Part shown: positions 52,535-62,879 of the stretch, in pieces
Layout of the letters: each line of letters opens with the position of its first letter
Position numbering within the stretch: position 1 is the stretch's first letter
Assembly: GCA_001179505.1 (NCBI GenBank)
Contig: CDMY01000468.1
Span: 6,649 to 70,648, forward strand
Length of the DNA: 64,000 nucleotides
Origin: Vitrella brassicaformis CCMP3155
Lineage: Eukaryota; Protista; Chromerida
Direction: 5' to 3'
Position numbers and translations under genes: made by a program
Notes under the pieces: generated by a model
The model's database searches: none
Told to the model about the DNA's origin: nothing
What the model saw: the letters and a program-made list of their open reading frames with translations, nothing else

Positions 52535-53389
52535 GGGGTGATCTCGGCAGAAGGGGACTTGACGGGCGCCTCCAACTGATCAACAGGTACACAGACATAC
52601 AGCGAGAACGACTGCAGATTGTCGCGTGTCTGTCTGACGGTATGGCCGCAAGTTCTGCTGCTCACCGTTTGTGACACGTCGAGTTTGCCGAGGATGCTGT
52701 TGCTCAGCTGGAATGGGTGTTCGGTGGTGGCTGGGTCGGGCTGCGGCACCGCGCCGCTCGAGCTGGCCAGGGCGGCCGGCAGGTCGTAGTCGATGTCAGG
52801 ATTGACCTCGGAGAGTGGCGACAGGGTCAGGTCGTGGTCGGAGTCCCTCTCAGGCAATGCCGCCACCGATTCGGGCGGCATGTCAGGACGGCTGCCCAGC
52901 AGACGGCCAATCACACGCAACGCTGACCACAGGTGAGAGAGAGAGGGAGATGGGTGTGTGTGTGTGTGTGTGTTGGTTATATCTACCGAGTGGCAGGGTC
53001 TCCAGTTCTGGCGGCGGGCTGGACGTCCATGTTGGGGCAGAGCTGCCGCAGCAGCCGGACAGAGTTGGTGCGGTCCAGCTCACCCAGGTGGATGTGCTTC
53101 GGAACCAACGGACACTTCTCGGACAAATCTGCACACACACACACACAGATGAGACGCATGCAGACGCGTGTTATCCCGGACGGCCATGTGCTCAGCTCAC
53201 CGGTAGTCGACAGAGATGAGGAGTCCGTCCATGAAAAAGTGCTGGATGAACACCGGCAGGGGGGACGACAGCACAGAAGCGCCACCGCCACCGCCACGGC
53301 CACCACGAGCACCCGCAGCGCTGGTAGGCAACCCGCCCCCACTCCCCGACTCCTCAGAGGCTGTCCTGCTTGGTCCCTGCTCGTCGCCG

Positions 53390-56300
53390 TCATCGGGCCT
53401 GGACATCGGGCCTGGACTCCTGGCCCGCAGACGCCCTCTTCTCGACCATTTGTGGCATCCTGCCGTGCTCGAGGAAGGCGGCGATGAACTCGAAGGTGTT
53501 CTGGTCGGTGGTGATGGGCAGAGGCATCACACGGACGTCCACACGGGACTCGTTGGGACCCCAGCCGCTGTCAGAGGAGGTGTTGGGACGCTCGTCAAGC
53601 ACCACTGACACCATGTCCACCGACGGCCCTGTGCTGGCGCCGGGGCTGGTGGTGCTGGCGGTGCCCGGGATGGCTGCGGGGCTGGCGGTGTAGAGCTGCT
53701 CGTGCGCCTGCTGCTTGGTGATGAGATCGTAGTGGTGCGCGGCCCGCCACATGACCTGTGCGATGTAGAGTCGGATCTCTGCACGCAGCGAGAGCTGCTG
53801 GGGCAGCGGGGCCTTCTTGAGGTAGATCCGGATGAGTGTGTGGACGAAGTAGCTGTTGATGGTGCTCTCGAACAGCTGATGATGGTGCTCGGAGTCCTCG
53901 TTGAGCAACGTACTCGCACCTTCGAGCGTCGTCAGGGCCTGCCGCAGCGGGAGCGGCTCCGCGAGGGCCTCGACCGACGGCTGCACGCAGGCCGCGGACT
54001 CGGAGAGCGGCGACAGAGTCAGGTCGTGGTCGGAGTCCCTCTCAAGCGTCATGTCAGGACGGCTGCCCAGCAGACGGCCAATCACACGCACCGCTGAATG
54101 AACACACGTGAGACAGAGAGAGGGAGATGTGTGTGTGTGTGTGTGTGTTGGCTATATCTACCGAGTGGCAGGTGTCCGCAGAGGTCTCCAGTTCTGGCGG
54201 CGGATTCGACGTCGATGTTGGGGCAGAGCTGCCGCAGCAGCCGGACAGAGTTGGTGCGGTCCAGCTCACCCAGGTGGATGTGCTTCGGAACCAACGGACA
54301 CTTCTCGGGCAAATCTGCACACACAGATGAGACGGCATGCAAAGGCGTGTTATTCCTGTGTCAGTAGGTTTGTCTGTCCGGCTGACCGGCAGGTTTGATG
54401 ATTCGTGGCGATGTGAGCAGGGTCTTGAGGTGCGGGCATGAGTCCGGCACACACCACACACACACAGACCCTTGGGGCGCACCGTTGTCGAAAACGATGA
54501 GCCTCTTGCCGCTGGCGGTGCCCGGGGTGGCTGCGATGGGACCGACTGGTTGCGGTGGCGCCTGTTGCGTCTCGAGCATGTGCTGTGTGGGTGTGCGGAA
54601 AAGATCGGCGATGCTGCCCCCGATGTTGACGAGCGAGCGGATGGGCGTTATGCCGGACAGACAACGGAGCACCTGAGACCTGACGACATGCAGACAGACA
54701 GACAGACAGACAGACAAGGAGACATCGCATAAAGCACCACTTGACGCCACATATTTATACCAGTCGACGCACAGCCCCGTCGGGAGTGATGACAAGAGCA
54801 CCTCCGAGTGGTCGGCAGCCGCCGGCAGCAACACAAACTTGTTCGACTGTCAATCAAAAGACACATACAAGGCATCACATCACCATCACAATGAGCATGC
54901 CCCCTCCTCCCTCCCTCCCTCGCACACANNNNNNNNNNNNNNNNNNNNNNNNNNNNNNNNNNNNNNNNNNNNNNNNNNNNNNNNNNNNNNNNNNNNNNNN
55001 NNNNNNNNNNNNNNNNNNNNNNNNNNNNNNNNNNNNNNNNNNNNNNNNNNNNNNNNNNNNNNNNNNNNNNNNNNNNNNNNNNNNNNNNNNNNNNNNNNNN
55101 NNNNNNNNNNNNNNNNNNNNNNNNNNNNNNNNNNNNNNNNNNNNNNNNNNNNNNNNNNNNNNNNNNNNNNNNNNNNNNNNNNNNNNNNNNNNNNNNNNNN
55201 NNNNNNNNNNNNNNNNNNNNNNNNNNNNACTGCACATACCTCTTGGTGGGGCGAGGGGATCTCCGCCGAGTGTCTGACGAGCCAGTTGATGGAGTTGCCG
55301 ACCAACAACGAGTCGTAGAAGGCGTAGACGAACTTGCGGGCGGCCGTGTCAGCCACGTGCAGAGCGCCCGCATCCAAACTGACCGGCCGATCCACACACA
55401 CACACACACACGACTGCTGTCTATGTCTTGTTTCCGTCGTGTGGCGGTGGTGGTGATTACAATGATGCGGAGGCGATGGCTCGCGAGTTGCAGCTGCTGA
55501 GCACCACGCCCTGGCATGACGGGCCGCGCTGAACAAAACTCCACGGGCCCGGAGACCTGACACCCAACACACCAACACACAACACAACACACACATGGGG
55601 CCCATTCTGACAACTCACTCTATCTCACCTGAACAGGTCGCAGAGTGAGTCGGCCTGCAGTTCGGCAGCACGTGGGTCGCCCTCGGCCACATCCTCGTTG
55701 ATCTCGGCAGCACGCGGGTCGCCCTCACACGGGGCCGTGTTGAGCCAATCCAACCAGTTGACCACCTGACAGCAGTGGTGGAGATGCACAGATGGACGGA
55801 CGGACGAATGGACGGCGCAGAGGTGTGTGTTTGTGCGTGTGTGTGAACCTGGGAGAGTGTCTCTTGTTTGCCTGGTGTCTTGTCCTGCTCGTCCTCCCGC
55901 CACTGGACACACAGAGGGGCCCGTGAAAGCAGTCAGCCAGTGCATCCTCTCCGTGTGTGTCAGTCAGTCATGTGTGTTGGGCTACCTACCCAGGTGAAGT
56001 ACTGTTCCTCGATGATGTCCTGCGTGTAGAGGGCGTCGAAGACGGCCTCGACCAAAGCCCACAAGGGCGATATGCGGACGTGACGCAACTCTATTATGTC
56101 ACACACAATGGACACACACAATGGACAGAGACACACACACATAGCGGAGAGATGGACGGACGTGCACTGCATGGCTCCTGGTCACGTCAGTTTGTTACCG
56201 AGTGTGCCCTTCTGAATGGCAAACAGGAACCGTAGCTTGTGCCGGTGGATGCAAGACGTCTGAATGAACACAAGGTTGCGCGTGCACATCCATGCCATCT

Positions 56301-56555
56301 GTGTCTGTCCCTCCCTCCCTCCCTGACTGACTGACTGATTGACCTGGAAGATGTTCTCGAGTGTGGGCTTGATTTTGGCGACGAGGGCACTGACCGCCTC
56401 GAGGCTCTCCAAACTCTCATCAGCCACACCAGCTGCAGTGCACCCCACCACACATCACATCAACCAATCGCCGTATGTCGGTGTCAGTCAGAGATGCGCA
56501 CCATCGATGGCTTTGAGCAGCTCCTCGGCGATGGTGGCCGACGGCAACACCTGAC
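53390..56555 (-). CDS. Second NLR-like copy with full W2 domain, WHD deletions and a different C-terminus
   Basis: W2-end to CHAT to ATG2-like to NB-ARC exons join in frame by GT-AG splicing (phases checked by hand). The winged-helix exon lacks SIFIGHFTP and LGLLLESKLV. It ends with an unrelated tail containing TDQNTFEFIAAFLEHGRMP. Confidence 0.55.
54929..55228. other. Assembly gap (300 N) inside an intron of a tandem copy
   Basis: N run. Confidence 1.
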
Positions 56556-57209
56556 GACATGCAGACAGACAGACAGAAGACAGACAAGGAGACCATCGCA
56601 TAAAGCACCACTTGACGCCACATATTTATACCAGTCGACGCACAGCCCCGTCGGGAGTGATGACAAGAGCACCTCCGAGTGGTCGGCAGCCGCCGGCAGC
56701 AACACAAACTTGTTCGACTGTCAATCAAAAGACACATACAAGGCATCACATCACCATCACAATGAGCATGCCCCCTCCTCCCTCCCTCCCTCGCACACAC
56801 GTGTGTCTGAGAGGTGTGCTGTCCATACCTCTTGGTGGGGCGAGGGGATCTCCGCCGAGTGTCTGACGAGCCAGTTGATGGAGTTGCCGACCAACAACGA
56901 GTGGTAGAAGGCGTAGGCGAACTTGCGGGCGGCCGTGTCAGCCACGTGCAGAGCGCCCGCATCCAAACTGACCGGCCGATCCACACACACACACACACAC
57001 ACACGACTGCTGTCTATGTCTTGTTTCCGTCGTGTGGCGGTGGTGGTGATTACAATGCGGAGGCGACGGCTCGCGAGTCGCAGCTGCTGAGCACCACGCA
57101 CTGGCATGACGTGCCGCGCTGAACAAAACTCCACGGGCCCGGCGACCTGACACCAACACACCGACACACAACACACATGAGGCCCATTCTGACAGCTCAC
57201 TCTATCTCA

Positions 57210-60200
57210 CCTGAACAGGTCGCAGAGTGAGTCGGCAGTTCGGCAGCAAGTGGGTCGCCCTCGGCCACATCCTCGTTGATCTCGGCAGCACGCGGGTCGC
57301 CCTCACACGGGGCCGTCTTGAGCCAATCCAACCAGTTGACCACCTGACAGCAGTGGTGGATGCACAGATGGACGGACGAACGGACACCGCAGAGGTGTGC
57401 GCGTGTGCGTGTGTGTGAACCTGGGAGAGTGTCTCTTGTTTGCCCGGTGTCTTGTCCTGCTCGTGCTCCCGCCACTGCACACACAGAGGGGCCCGTGAAA
57501 GCAGTCAGCCAGTGGATCCTCTCCGTGTGTGTCAGTCATGTGTGTGTTAGGCTACCTACCCAGGTGAAATACTGTTCCTCGATGATGTCCTGCGTGTAGA
57601 GGGCGTCGAAGACGGCCTCGACCAAAGCCCACGAGGGCGATATGCGGACGTGACGCAACTCTATTATGTCACAATGGACACACACAATGGACAGAGACAT
57701 ACACACATAGCGGAGAGATGGACGTGCACTGCACTGACTGCATGGTGTGGCTACAGGTTACCGAGTGTGCCCTTCTGAATGGCGAAGAGGAACCGTAGCT
57801 TGTGGCGGTGGATGCAAGACGTCTGAATGAACACAAGGTTGCGCGTGCACATCCATGCCATCTGTGTCTGTCCCTCCCTCCCTCCCTGACTGACTGACTG
57901 ATTGACCTGGAAGATGTTCTCGAGTGTGGGCTTGATTTTGGCGACGAGGGCACTGACCGCCTCGGGGCTCTCCAAACTCTCATCAGCCACACCAGCTGCA
58001 GTGCACCCCACCACACATCAGAGAGTGGGTCGCCGTCGGTGTCACTCAGAGATGCGCACCATCGATGGCTTTGAGCAGCTCCTCGGCGATGGTGGCCGAC
58101 GGCAACACCTGGTGCCAATCAGACTGACACACGAAACACACACAGACAGACAGACAGACAGACGAGTTGGTTGCTCAGCTCAGGTGAACTCAACGAGCAG
58201 TGCGTGTGTGTGTGGTTGCTCAGCTCAGGTGAACTCAACGAGCAGTGCGTGTGTGTGTGGTCTACCTCTTGCAGGAGCTGGTGCGTCTCGTTGGCCAGCT
58301 TCTCGGCAGTGAGCTCGTCGGTGAGGCACCGGCTGACGAGGCCCGCCAGCTTGGACATCCGCTCGACTGAAGCGCGTGTGCTCTCCTGGTCCACACCACA
58401 CACACGCACACACAACACGTGTCGTAGGTATGTCGAGTTGGGTGGGCGGGTGGGGGAGGGGGCGTACTGTACCTGCTCCTCACGGCGCTTCTGTTCCTCC
58501 TCCCGCTGCTCACGGCGCTTCTGTTCCTCCTCCTCCTCTTGGCGCTTCCTCTCCTGCTCCTCACTGCAGACACGTTCGTATTCACCACACACAGACAGAC
58601 AGACAGACGAGTGCATCGCATTCATTGGAGTGTATGTGTGCGCATTTGGCCCCCACATCGTGTGTGTACACCTACCGCTGTTTCTCCTTGATGCGGCTCC
58701 GCTCCTCCTCCTTCTCGGTGAGCGGACGGTGGCCGCCACCGGCCTGATAGCCACCACACACACATACACAGACACACACACACACAAGTGGGAGGGGGCG
58801 TTGGAGGGGCTGGGGGCTGTCTGCTGACTTTCTTGGGCGGGGCGTGAGTCTTGTTCTTGCCCTCGTCGCCCTTCTCCATCCTCGCCAGGGCCTGTCGGAC
58901 CAACACACACTCATCGATGCAGCCTTCTAACCGCTTGTGCTTCGTGTGGTGCGAGTGTGCTGACCGCTTGGATCCTGTCATAGACGGCTTTGCCCGTGTC
59001 CTTCTTGCCTTTGTTCTTGGCCTTCTTCTTCCCTGGCGCCCTCTCTGCCGTCTCCTCCTTCTCGGTGGTGGGTGTGCTGGTGCTGGGGGCCTTGGCGTGC
59101 ACCGGCGGCGGCGAGAGGGGAGCGGCCGCAGGGGTGGGAGCAGCAGGGGCGGGCGGGGGCACAGTGGACGGCTTGGAGGGCCGGACGGTGGGCGCAGGGA
59201 GGGGTGTGGTGTCGCCAGCAGCCGCCGGTGCGGCGATGTCGGTGCTGTCGTCCAGCGGGGAGGTGATGTCCTCGGTGTCCTTGTCAACCGCACTCGAGGG
59301 GCTCGACGGCACCACCGGGTTGTCGATGGAACGGGGCAGCGACACTGCACACAGCACACACCAAGCAGACACACATGAACGAATGCGTGTGAGCGTGTCT
59401 CTGTGTGGGTGGGTGGTCGACATCATCGGCGCGTACCTTCACGCTCCTTCTTCTGAGTCGGTGGCACGTCGGGACGCTTTGCGGGTGCGGGCGGGGCAGG
59501 CTTGCCTCTGTTGGTGGTCGGGGGGGTCTCTGGCTTCGCTGGCGGCGCTGGCGGACCCTTTGGTGGGGACGGGCGGGGCGGGAGCTGGGGACGAGTGCTG
59601 CGCTTGGGGGGCCGGCTGCTCGTGTCCAGTGGTGGGAAGTTGTCTGTGCCGCTCGGGGGGCTGACGGGCGGGGGCGATGGGCGCGACATCAGCGGGCCAG
59701 CGGGGCTGACGGTGCGGCCGCCGCTGGGGCCGGTGAGGGGCGGCGTTGGCGACTGGGAGTCGAAGGCTGCCGTGAAGTAGGCGTAGAGGTCGTTGTGCCT
59801 GCAGATGGGGCACTCCGTCACGAACACACGAGTGTTCTGAACCAATCAAAAACAACAAAGCGACAAAGAGGGACGCGTGTGTGTGTGTTTCAGTCAGTGT
59901 CTGTCTGTCTGTCGGTCGGTCTGCTTCGCTGTGTGTGTGTCCTTACGTCCTGGAGTAGGGTCGTCCTGCGATTGTAGGTGAGGTGGTCGTTCGCACAGGT
60001 GCTGCACACGAGCTGCACCCATCCATCCATCAATCGACAGACAACTCGTGGATGAAGAGTGAGGTCATGCACGCCTTTGTGTGGGTGGGAAAGTGGCTGC
60101 ATACTTTTTGCAGCACGGCAGTCTGACCAGCTCCTCGCGACATGTGCAGATGGGGCACTGCATGGTCTTCTGCCCCGTGCCGTTGCCGCCCGCACCCCCG

Positions 60201-61957
60201 GCCGGCGAGTGGAAGCACACGGGGCACTCCAGGCCATCAACCGACTCCTGCACACAACACAAGTGGGGCCACCAGACACACCACACCCTCCCATGTGTGT
60301 GTGAGAATGCGTGTGTGTGTGTGTGTGGTAGGTTTGGTTCTTACGTGCTCTTTCCGCCCGAGCCTCTTCTTGCAGGTGACGCACAATCGGTGGAAGCAGA
60401 TCAACATGTCCTGTGGGACACACACCCCGAGGAGATAGATAGATGACACACCGTTCGTTCGACCATTGACGCGTGGGGTGGTCGGTTGTGTCCCCAGGTG
60501 ACGTACCAGTGCTCGCAGCGAGGTGCGGGCCCCACAGTCGCTACACTCTGCCTGTAACGCACTCATCTCCTTGAACGGACGCGTCTGGGACCTGTCGGCC
60601 GACATGGCACCACAGACAGACAGGCAGCAATGTGTATGCCGTGTGCACCGCGTGTGCCGTGTCCGTGTGCGAGTGGGGACGTATGTACGTGGCGTAGAGG
60701 AGGTCGTAGTGGCCTGGACGGAAGAGAAGGACGACAGGAGTAGTGCCGGGCATCATGACCGACCCCTCGCGGTACTCGTACAGCGGACACAGAGCGTCGG
60801 TGTTGTCCTGACACACACACAGAGAGAGAGGTACAGGAGTGAGAAGTCAAGCCAGAGAGGAGAGGTGCGTTGCTGTCGCTTTGTTTTGTCACCCACCAGC
60901 TGCACGATATGGATCTTGTCGTTGAGCACTATCGAGGCGACGGCAAACACCAACCCACCCTCCGCCTCACGACCACACACACACACACACACAGATAGAC
61001 CAACACACCCTCAGCCCCTCAGGCACGATGGATGCATCAGTCCCTCCCTCCCTCCGTCCCTTCTCCGTCGCTCACCCATCTCCATGACCTCCATCTCCAC
61101 GTACTGCTCCACACTCTGGAAAAACTCCTCCTCAGCAGCCTGACCCTGCTGTCCCTGCTGCTGTGTGGCGCCCGAGCTGATGCTCTTGCCGCCACAGGCC
61201 TCGTGTGGTGTGGGTGAGTCGGCGGGGGACGATGCGTCACCTGTGCTGGGGCTGGGGCTGGAGGTGGCGGGGATGGGGTAGGTCGAGACGTACTCGGAGA
61301 TGGTCAGCACACCCTCCTCACCGGGCGTCACAGACTCGTCGGCGTGCTCCAACATGTACTTGCGCACCAGCCGACGGAGCATCTTGACTGAATCAATGAA
61401 GCAGAGGAGGGACAAGACAGGACAGCTCACATGACACGACGCGATTGTGCTGATTGTGCTGTGTGGTGTAGGTATGTGTGGTCAGCTACACACGTACCTA
61501 TGGCAAGGTCCAGGTCAGCGTCGGTCATGAGTTGCCAGTAGAGCTCACTGCCGCTGAGGGACTGCAGACGGCCGTACTGCACCGCCAGGTCATCGTCCGC
61601 CAGCACATCGGCAGGAATGTCAAAGTCGTACGCGGCCGTCTCGCGCAACTCGAGCAGGGCGAAACCCAGCGCACGATAGAAGCAGTTCCTTGCACCACAT
61701 AAACAACACACCACACACAGGCAATCAACGCCCCGACCCATGACCCTTTTCGTGGCCGCACCATCGCCCCGGACGCGTCTGAAGCGGTCGTAGGTCTCGC
61801 AGAGTTTGTCGATCTTTTTCTGGTGGTTCTTGCTGGCCTTGAAGTCACGCTTGAGCACCTCCAGCGCCAATGGGACCGACAGGGGATAGCGCCTGTCCCG
61901 CCAGTCGGTCGGCGTAGTGGGAGCATTGACGCCATGGGAGCGGTTAAGGTCGTTCAT
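57210..61957 (-). CDS. Otubain-type OTU deubiquitinase, RING-like fingers, Pro-rich/coiled-coil linker, eIF4G2/DAP5-like W2 domain; multi-exon, possibly disabled
   Basis: RRVRGDG/NCFYRALGF and LLFRPGHYDLLY (otubain Cys and His motifs) are spliced in frame to CSDC..CFHRLCVTC..CPVC (RING). Then CPIC..CSTC..CPIC; a PAPAAP region; an EEQKRRE coiled coil; and AVFDALYTQDIIEEQYFTWWREHEQDKTPGKQETLSQVVNWLDWLKTA (W2). Confidence 0.72.
58168..58260. repeat. Exact 2x ~45-bp tandem duplication in an intron
   Basis: ggttgctcagctcaggtgaactcaacgagcagtgcgtgtgtgtgt occurs twice in tandem. Confidence 0.85.
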
Positions 61958-62197
61958 AGCTCCCACTGCTCCTTGAGTGCCCCGGCCGCCCGCTGAGCCC
62001 TCCCCAGTGTTGCTGAGGGGGATGGAGGGCCGCATAGACGAAAGAGGGGGGCGCCACGGTGCCGACGGGTGGAGAGGGGGTGGATGATGCCGTGCGGGCG
62101 GTGGGGGAGGGGGAGGATGTTCCATGGGTGCGCGTCGGGCAGACATTCTTCCGGTGGAATGCCGACAACCAAACCAATGTGGGGGTCTCCGGCTCGC

Positions 62198-62332
62198 ACC
62201 AAATGGGGGCCACGAGATCGCCTGAAACCAAGCCCGCAGACGATTCAATTGATGTTCACTGTGATGGTTTGTGGCTCCTGTGTACCTGAGTGAGGCCATT
62301 CAGCGGTCCTCGTGACCTCTGCAATGCTCCAC
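62198..62332. repeat. Interspersed ~130-bp repeat, same orientation as 46583-46713
   Basis: caaatgggggccacgagatcgcctgaaaccaagcc..cgattcaattgatgttcactgtgatggtttgtg..tgtacctgagtgaggccat..ggtcctcgtgacctctgcaatgctcc is shared between the two sites. Confidence 0.9.
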
Positions 62333-62879
62333 AGACGGCCAGAGCCCTCCAGCCGAAATCGCTAAACGAGTCCATTTTTCCTTCGCCAGGTCCGTTCCTG
62401 CATACACAGAGGCCAACCACACACTTGCTCATTCTCTGCTGTGCCTGCTCTGCCCTCTCTGTGCTGAAATAATTTGCGAGCTAAGCCGTGTGGAATTCTC
62501 GCCGACAGCGAAGGAATTAAAAGTGCTGAGAAACACTGGATCTGCCGTGTGGAGGGTGCGGGCAGCCGCGGACACGCCAGCCAGCCGCCAGGCAGCGAGA
62601 AACACCGCCATCCGCCGCCGCAGCGGTCCTCTCCCTCTCTTTGTCTTCGTCAGGTGGTCGCCAGGCCGCAGCGATGTGGTGGTGGTCTGCTGCTGCTCAG
62701 CTGCTGGCAGATCGAGGCGGCGGAGTGGTGGAGGACAGCGGCGAGCAGTCTGCAACCACAGCGGCAGGCCACTTGTAAGATGCGCCGAGGATCGGTGTTG
62801 ACGTGGTCGACGCCCTTCTCGCCATCGCCGAAAGGCCGCGCTTCGGAAAGGCGCTGCAAGCTCAGCTGCTGTGATCTCT

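Larger units (their letters stand above)
49259..57210 (-). repeat. 3-4 imperfect tandem copies of a W2-CHAT-ATG2-like-NB-ARC/WHD exon block (NLR-like chimeric genes or pseudogenes)
   Basis: Near-identical exons and introns recur: W2-end/CHAT at ~57480-56620, ~55945-54770 and ~52230-51400; NB-ARC exons at ~54520-53700, ~53160-52780 and ~51150-50050; NPDIDYDLPA exon at ~52810-52540 and ~49800-49500. Confidence 0.9.

Noticed and set aside
29283-55613. Long ORFs containing X runs
   Set aside because: They are artefacts of reading through N gaps.
49259-57210. Calling the CHAT segment an active caspase-like protease or the NB-ARC an active NTPase
   Set aside because: Only the Cys-side CHAT motif is present (no His-Gly motif found) and no Walker A is seen, so activity cannot be supported.
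32545-62535. Peptide GIKSAEK appears in weak ORFs at ~32560 (-) and ~62515 (+)
   Set aside because: A seven-residue match with no flanking similarity; probably chance.
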